Shown: positions 55,851-64,000 of the stretch, in pieces
Layout of the letters: every line of letters starts with the position of its first letter
How positions within the stretch are numbered: position 1 is the first letter of the stretch
Assembly: GCA_004764695.1 (NCBI GenBank)
Contig: SMSO01000025.1
Span: forward strand, 3,224,001-3,288,000
Length of the DNA: 64,000 nucleotides
Source of the DNA: Schizochytrium sp. TIO01
Taxonomy: Eukaryota > Protista > Bigyra: Labyrinthulomycetes
Direction: 5' to 3'
Program-made: the position numbers and the translations under genes
Notes under the pieces: generated by a model
Told to the model about the DNA's origin: nothing
The model's input: only the letters and a program-made list of their open reading frames with translations
The model's database searches: none

Positions 55851-58800
55851 AAGGGAACATGTTCGTAAAAAATGAGGCGACAGTTTCATAGTGGTGCTGG
55901 CGGTGACGAGCGATCCTTTGGCCAGCACAGCAAGTTGTGTCTTATTTATTTGCACGTAAATTTGTACATTTTAAAGTAATGATACATCATTCATTGTATG
56001 CTTTTAATTGAAAAAGAAGATCATATCAAGAAGATCATATAGAAAAAAAAAAAAGTTTCTCAGCAAAAGAAAAGAAGAAAAAAGAAAAAAGAAAAAAGAA
56101 AAATACAACCTCTTTAAAAATAATTTCAAAGTAGAAAAAATTGGTGTGGGAAGAAGGCTTATAGTTTGAAAAGGAAAGAACAATCTTTAAGAAGGGTACA
56201 AAAGTAAAACTAATGTAATACTTTCTGCCATTCGGTACTTGCTAGCTTTAAAAGAATAGAGCAAAACTTTACAATAACCAAGCCAGGCAAGTCCGTTCGC
56301 TTGTCTGTCCTGTCTGAAGCCGTTAAGATCTTACTCGAACGTCTCTGCAGGAAATCTGTGATAGCACAGCAACAACAATCTGAACATCATCCGAATTAGT
56401 TGCCCTGGTATCATCGTTCCTCCAGGGCCTTCCCAAGAGATAGGTACCTACAAAGAAAGAAACGAAGTAACAACAAATAATACAATAAAAAGTTCTGCAG
56501 CACAATAAATCAAACGGCACACAAGTGCACAGCAATCGCACAGCTTTCTGCCGTGAAGGATAGATTCCTCCGCATCTTCTGCCCAGCCCAAAGCTTGGCC
56601 AAATACACTCGAAGAAGAGTTTCTGCTTCAGCTAAACATCATCAGAATATGAGATGCCGAGATATAGCTCCTCTAAAGTTGATCTTGGCGCATCGATCAG
56701 TCTACCCTAGGTATGTATCCAATTCCATAAACAACCATTGCATTACGTACCTACTTCTTCGTATGCGTGCCAGCCGCGCTGAGTGTAATGAGTGAGTAAT
56801 CGAGTGCATGCGATCGACTCGGACTTCGAGTGCCAGTTAAGCGCTCACTTCGAGGAGCCTCAAAGATTTCGAACAAGCCATCCTGAACTTCAGGCTACGA
56901 TGGGCTTTAGCATTCGCCTTCGGCATCATTTCCCTCGGCGTGTGATGTAAATCTATCAATCAATCAATCCAGCTGTAAATCCTGCATGTATTCTTCAAGT
57001 TGCTAGTACAGAAGAGCGATCTTCGCAGCAACAGCAGCAGTAGCAGCAGCAGCAGCGACGATAGATAGCCCGGAGAAGGGTGACAGTGAGCCACTCCAAG
57101 CGAGGAGAGCGAACTCGAAGGACCAGCTATCAATCTGGCATTCTCTCCATTACTTCGCCACAACGGCCACGCGCCGCCAGCTCATAGAAGACGCTGTAAA
57201 TAAAACTGATCGATCGTAGAGGCACCGTGGTCCTCCCTTCGCCGCTACATCAATCGAAGAATCAAGCGAGCCAGCCAACAAGCAAGCAAGCCAGCGAGCC
57301 AGCCAACAACATGCGCAAGCTATCTTGAATGATCAAAACCAACACGCAAGTTGAGCAAACGGCGTCACAAGAATCTTGGGTTCTTGCTGCGGAAGAAGAC
57401 GAATATGACCCTCTCTCTGCCGGCGTTTCGAGCGACCCAGCTACTCGTAGTTCTTTCTTTCTTTCTTTCTTAGTTAGTTAGTTCGTTAGTTAGTTAGTAC
57501 AGGCGGGCACTTGCAAACGACCGTGAAGTTTTCCCTTCCTGGTGTTCCCAAGAAAAGGTTTTTACTGTCTTCTGTTTGAGTTTAACTTTTAAAAAGAGAT
57601 GTGCCTCTGATACACTGACAGAGAGAGATACCTACTACTTACTGCCTCTTACAGTTGAGCAGGCGGTTGCTTGCTGAGGCTCTTCTCGATGGGTCTGCGG
57701 CATCACATATCTATCGTTCTGGCGAACCTGGTTCCTTTTTAGTTTCACGCGACCTTCTTCTTCCTGCAGATTTATCTTCGCTTCGTACAAAAGTAATTAC
57801 TAAAAGAAAAGAAAAGAAAAGAAAGTTGGTTTGCAGTTATTTGTTGTAAATGATACATAATAGCACGTAGAAAGAAGTTCCAACCAACTTGAACCATCTG
57901 CAGTGATTCCTTTTGCCAAGCGAGCTCGATTGCTCCTGCTACCAACGATAAAAGCCCAGTGCTCGGGTTCTTGCTCGCACCAGAAAGGAGGTCACGCCTA
58001 TCCATCTACTCATCCAAATGCCATCTAGTATTATGAATGCAAGAGTGGATGCCACGACCCGATCTATTCTCGAGCTCAAAATAGCAAAATAAAGCGAAAC
58101 CAGATATTCTACGTGTTTTGATTTAAACATTTAAATAAAAAATTTCATAGGGCGTGTCGATAAAAACTTGAGCTGTTTGTTTGTTGCTTGTTTCAATCGT
58201 CACCCAGCAAACCTGAAGAATAAAGCCCCGCGCAAAGAAACTGTCGCTTCTTCAATTATGTTGTTATTTTATTGTTCTGTGTATAACATTTCATTTATTT
58301 TAAATTTAAAAACAATGAAAAGAAAAATATTCTTTCACAACTTCCCATATCTCTGGAGTGAAATCCAAAAGCTTCATTGAAAGCTTAATATTAGCAGAAA
58401 ATGTTCTTTAGAGCAATGTGTGGGTTTGTTTAATTTAAAAGAAAAAGAAAAGAAAAGAAAACAATATATGTGTATTTTGATTACTTTCTTTTCAGAGTCT
58501 AGAGTGTGTTGAGTAGCGATAGGCATTTATTTTTTAGTTCCTACGTACTTTTTCCCTTTCACATGAAAAGGAAAAAAAAGCGAGCAAAGCCAACGATGGT
58601 GCTGGTGGCTCGATTGCCCGTAGGCCCTGAGGTGGCCAGCGGGCTAGCTAGCTCAACGCCAAATGACGCGACCCAGGGCTTCATCTGAGCCGGGTTCTCC
58701 AAGCCCTGGCAGTTCTTCATTGAACCCTCAAATTAAAGTCATACCTCGCACGCGAAGAAGTCCTGTTTTCACGTGATGATAATTTCCGAGGGGTGCCACC

Positions 58801-61800
58801 GGCACGTGCTTAATTAAATTCGAAGCCGCCGCGAGCTGGCACCATGCACTCGTTTTAATTTTACCTTGCTTAGCAAAGATTTCCCGCCGCTACGAACTAA
58901 CTACCTCTCGAACTCGAACTCAAGCTCGGGCATCTCGTCTTCGTTGCGTGGAAACAAATGTCTCTTCGGCCAAGATCTTCGTGATGTGCGAGAACGCCTT
59001 CAGCTCGGTATGCTTTCGTGAAATTGCAAGAACTTGAAGAGGCCCAAACTTCGATTCATCGAGGCCCCGATTCGGAAATCCTGCTACGAAGCCAATCAGC
59101 ACAAATGGTGGGTAAGTTCGCCGCAATCGACAGCCAAGACGGACATGAATGACATTCATTTCCTGCTGACAGACTGACTGACTGACTGACTGACTGAGGA
59201 GCTGCCATTTTACAAACAACTCGCAACGGAGCGAAGATTTGCGCGGTATTGCAACAGCACAACGACTCCAACGGTCACGCGAGCTCGAGCTTCACAAAAC
59301 GAGAGCCCGAAAGTCTTTTCCCGTAATGGCCACAACGGCGCTATCAGCAGCGAATTACGCGTTGTGAATTGTAGCACCTTCATTTTCAACTTCTACAATG
59401 CAAGATCGCGCTGTGCATTGAATTCCAAGGGCCGTCGCTCAACTGCCGCCGCCACCGCGACGATCGATCCTCATGGACCCGGAGGTTTCCCATTTGGCCA
59501 CGGGCCGTGAGCTTTCTTCAGCGCCTTCCATTCCGGCTGGACTTTGAGTTGTAGCACGTTCACCGGTCTTTATCTATCACTCGAAAAGGATCTCTCTCTT
59601 TCGCAGGCGCTGCTACGAGCACTTTCGGTTTTCCGTGAGGGAACTTGTGCGGCGCGTGCCGTGAGGCACATTGTTATTATCATACAGACAGGCAGACAGA
59701 CATTCCGTCGTGACCGAGAAGAAGACTATGCGTGTTCTGGTTCTTCATTTCAAGTTGATTATCTGTAGACAGGCGTGTTTATTTCATTTCATTTCATTTT
59801 GCTTTGCTTTACTTCGTTTTTTGTTTTGTTTTGTTTTGTTTTCGAGATGGGTTTTGCGGGAAGCTGCACGAGGGTACTTTACTACTTTGTTGATCTCGGA
59901 AACAGCAGCAGGGACCATGCATCCACCACCGCCGTCGTCGCAGCACTGGCGTGAAATCAAATCTCTCTTGGACCGAGCACATATTCTGTCGCGACTTGCT
60001 TACTGAGGAACGCTGAGAGAGCTCAGCAGCTGAGTCTACAAAGCAGCAGAATAAATATACAAACAAGTAGCTTCAAAGTGAGAAATACAGCGTTTGCTCT
60101 TTCCAAAAACATAACAAAGAAAGAAACAAAGAGACAAAATCTTCTATAAATCTTTAGAAAAAATCGAAGAGGGTGTGCATGATAGATAGGACAAATCAGG
60201 CCTTGGTTGTCCAGCTGACGATTCTAATCAGATTGATTGCAAGTACTGAGTGGGCCAAGTGGCCACCAGCACTCCCTCGCTCTCGGCCAAAGGGCAATGG
60301 ATTCGGGACAACTTGGCCGCGGGTTACCGATAGACTGATTCCCCCCTACAACTTTTCCACAACTGTCCAATGGAGAACCGCTTCCTCATTCAGGTTGCTT
60401 TAATTTCGATGCGAAATTGTCATAATTTATGATGACCGCGCTCTTTGTAATCTGAGAGTCGAGGTTCCTCGATAATGGAGTTTAGACCATCCTCATTGCG
60501 AACCTTTGGGGTCCTTTTCGGAATCATCCGCTGCGTAATTAATGCCTCAAGTGACCTTCCAGCAATCAGGATCGAGTTACGAATAACGGAGGGTGTGCGA
60601 GATTTGAGTGCACTTGAATATTTTTAGGCCTCACGAACGACAATGTACTACAGAAAAACCAACTAAACTATGAATAGGTAGTTAGATAGTGGTAAGTTTA
60701 ATCATAACTTGGAGGAGTTTGTCAATATGGGGATTGTGTGCACGGGTGACTGATATTTCTTCGTCAGTTTTGTCCTTTTCAACCTGCAAAGAGGCAACGA
60801 AAGTTTGGGAGGGGAATTCGGGATTAGGGTTCAGAGTTGTTGACTTGCTCGTCTTGTTCGTCAGAGACAAAGTAAAATGACTATTACATTTCAAAAAATA
60901 ATAGAATAAGAATTGTTTAAAGAGTAATAAGAAGAAATTATATTTCAAAAAAAAAGAAGAAGAAAAAAAGAGGATGGAACTACATCGTTAGTTCTATGTG
61001 TAATGATTTGAAATTTGACATATGAGGTCGTCGCTGAGATGTTTTTGAACACATGGAGCTTGAAATGTTCAACTTGAAGTTGATGACGACGCATCTCTTC
61101 TTCTACTTTGTGAAGATACAAAGCGTTTCTGTTAACAAGAACCAAAAAAGAAAAGAAGCTTGAACAGAATAGGTAGAAATAGCTGTTCCCAACTTACAAG
61201 AGGGAAACGGTAGTAGCGGAAAGAGCCTCGTGATCGTCACATTTCAAGTATGTACCTAGGTACCCTTTTCTTTTTTCTCAGTCTCAAACTTATCTTGCAT
61301 CTTTGTCCATGGTTTTAGCTTTCCAGGTGGGTGGGTGCTGATACTTAAATACCTGCCTGCTAGTAGTACGTATTGTTAAATTTTCAACTTTCAATTCTAT
61401 TCTCAAAGTTTTCAAGTTGTAAAAGAAGAAAAGAAGAGGAAGGAGAGCAAGCCCAGTAGTACTTGCTACGAGCGACATAATCGTTCGGGCTCAGATAGGC
61501 TGGACCATGCTCAGATCCTGAGATGGCACCGCAGCTCGATTGAGTGCGCGAGACCTCTTTACAACCACGCTCGATCTTTTTTGCTTGTTTTTTGTTTCTT
61601 TCAGAGTTTGCAGAACCACACGCCTTAATTTTCTCGAACTGAGCAACGACTCTTTTTACTTTGCCACCCTCTTTGAATCATTCTCTGCAATCGCTGCAAC
61701 AAACAAACAAAGTTATAGACCATGCTTACTTAAAGTCTTGTTCTGCTCAAAGGTAACGCATGACTAATTTGACATATCCATGGCGAGTTATTTGCACTCA

Positions 61801-62597
61801 TCCACCAACACCATCTCTGAAGAAACTAGCGTTACCTACCTTCGCCTAGGCCGGAAAACAGCAATTTCTCAAAGTTGTTCGTTGCTGTCGTCGTTGTTGT
61901 TGAGAAAAGAAAAAGACCTAAATGTCTCAAATAATACGACCTGAACGACTCGCTCGATCGTCTCCCTCCCAGGAGCGACAATAGTCCACGCGCCCATCAC
62001 GATGTCTACTACTCCAGAATAAGACGAGCACATCTTTCATTTCGCTCTTGGGCTGGGTACCACGATAAAACATTTGGTGCTCTGCCCATCCCCATCTGAG
62101 ATTGATTACAAACAAAGCACCTGCTGCTCGGAGAACTCGGGAAAAGTCTGGGGATTCGTGAGTATAATTGTATGCGCGTAGGCAGGCCCCGCCAAGCTCA
62201 AGTTCAACTCGAGCGTTTAGGCGTGCGAACCCGAGCAGGTTTCGAGCCAGGCTTTGTTTGTTTGGCCCCTTCTCCTTGAGGGGGCAACTCCGTCGAAGCC
62301 GTCGCTTGGCATGACCAGCCCTTCGCAGCCTACTGACCTCGAGTTGGCAACCAAGCTTCGAAGGCCTCTTCCGAGCAACCTGGAGCTTGCTTGACCTGCG
62401 AACACAAGGCAGCCGAGCATCTGCGCGCGTGGAAAAGTCCCCGTCTGTGTCCTGTTTCTTCGACCTCGAGCACCTCGTGTGCCCGAGAACCATGATCGCG
62501 AACCTGAAGAGATCCGAGCCGAGGAAGACCTGCGGATTCTCGTGAAACTGGATTCTGTGCCTCCAACCTTGTGCTGGTTCGCCACAGCCAGCTTCTT

Positions 62598-62659
62598 CTA
62601 GCTAGCTAGCTAGCTAGCTAGCCAAGTGTGCGATGGCAGAACCAGCGCGGGCCGAGTCT

Positions 62660-62688
<29 letters not shown>
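62598..62688. repeat. (GCTA)n and (CT)n microsatellites
   Basis: Direct reading. Confidence 0.9.
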
Positions 62689-62691
<3 letters not shown>

Positions 62692-63359
62692 CGCGGAGCA
62701 GCTCAAGCTGGCTGCGCTGCCTGGCGCCGCCCATCGCGAGCGCGCCGAAGTCCAAATGCATTTTGCTCCCTCAATTTGAATTCCCTCAAGGCGGCGATGG
62801 TGCTCCTCTGATTTTGCGTTGCGCAAAAGATAGGAACTGGCTCACTCGTGTGGATCTTCGCGGCGCTCTCGAGATCCCTTGGGGTTCTTTCGCAAGAACT
62901 CTGCCCGGAGTGTCTGGAGGTTCGCCAGCGCCCCGCTGCGAGGCGGCTTGACGGGTCTCTGGTGCCTCGGAGGCGGCTGCTCTGCCAGGGCGGTCTTGGC
63001 GGCGGTACGCAAGGTCGAGGGAACCCGTGCGTTGCCTGCATGCACGTATCCATGCAAGATCTCCTTGGCGGTGGTGGGTGCTGCGGCGTTGTTTCCAAGC
63101 GAACAAACAGTCTACGCGGTTGAGAAACCGGGTGGTGCCGTGATCGCCTTCCGTCACTCAGCGCGATTCCTTGAGCGCGACCAGCCAGCAGCCACGAAGC
63201 CCAAGTCGGTCCCACCTCCTCGGTTGGTCTCGCCTGCTTGTGCTTTCTTTCTCAGTTCCGTCGAATTCCTCGAGTTCTTCTTCAATTCGCGACTTTCTCT
63301 GTGCACGTACCGCTTAAACCGCCTATCCGTTCTGTCCTTTTGGTATCCTCTCTTTTATT

Positions 63360-63530
63360 CATACATAGATATATAGATACATAGATACATTACAATACAA
63401 CATACTTAAATACATTACAACATAATACAATTCAAAGCAATAAAATGCATCACAATACACTACGAAACAATCAAATCCATCGCACTACACTACACTACAA
63501 TACAATACAATACAATACATACATGCATAC
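63360..63530. repeat. Degenerate (TACAA/TACA)n simple repeat
   Basis: Direct reading. Confidence 0.8.
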
Positions 63531-63781
63531 TCCCGATTACACGTTGTGTTGGCGAGCGAGGGCTGCGACCTCGTCACGGCGGCACCTGAACTGGCTTCGA
63601 ACTGGACTGGACCAACTCGAGCGATCGCGGCGGTGCGTCTGCTCTGTCCCGTAAACGGTCAGTCTCGGATACTTCTGCCTGCACTCTGGACAACGGAGCG
63701 GCGGCACAAATCCGTCCAACTAGTACCTCTGCGGCTCCTTCGTGCATTGCAACAGCGCGTCTTCGATGCGGATTCATTCCA

Positions 63782-63872
63782 CCAAACCCGAAGGAGTTCT
63801 CCAAACTCAAAGGAATTCTCCAAACTCGAAGGAGTTCTCCAAACTCGAAGGAGTTCTCCAAACTCGAAGGAG
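63782..63872. repeat. 19-bp tandem repeat (GAAGGAGTTCTCCAAACTC), about 4.7 copies
   Basis: Direct reading; units abut with no spacers. Confidence 0.9.
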
Positions 63873-64000
63873 AACTCACTGCTGCACGTGCGCAGAGTTA
63901 GGTTTGTCTGCCTTCACATCAAGCTCCGCCCCTTCGAGGCTGGCACCAACCAGGGACTCTCCAGAGACTCCGCGAGTGAGTTAGCTCGTCCGTTCTCTCC

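Noticed and set aside
62428-62445. GGAAAAGTCCCCG resembling RNase MRP conserved region I
   Set aside because: No matching CR-V (CGGGGCT-type) partner was seen downstream.
63782-63872. 19-bp repeats as a CRISPR array
   Set aside because: The units are contiguous with no unique spacers, there are no cas genes, and the context is eukaryotic; this is a minisatellite.
61927-63984. Many overlapping ORFs on both strands
   Set aside because: GC-rich sequence with no recognisable motifs and no dominant frame.

Overview
Eukaryotic nuclear DNA: intron-poor, with GT-AG introns in three genes and long microsatellite-rich spacers. The style fits a thraustochytrid/labyrinthulomycete protist, which is an inference. 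Host genes are three tandem SDR oxidoreductases, an LRR/IQ repeat protein, a spliced DnaJ protein, an R3H-DEAH helicase, a bZIP factor, a spliced carnosine N-methyltransferase, an FYR+EF-hand protein, an MhpD-like hydratase, a spliced isochorismatase-like protein, a DUF707 protein, a RING/B-box CaaX protein, lumazine synthase and an Orai channel. The main anomaly is an island at about 18.2-26.95 kb. It holds a decayed unknown ORF, a restriction-endonuclease-fold + kinase (Crinkler-like) gene, and then about 5.3 kb of tightly packed, intronless, partly frameshifted ORFs. These include a giant-virus-type DUF5759-like gene and a phage-Dam-like adenine methyltransferase with a duplicated half-domain, so the block is most likely a decaying endogenous large-DNA-virus fragment. 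Other decayed ORFs lie at about 37.6-40 kb (P-loop NTPase) and 52.5-55.8 kb. All family assignments are from motif recognition by eye; no searches were run.
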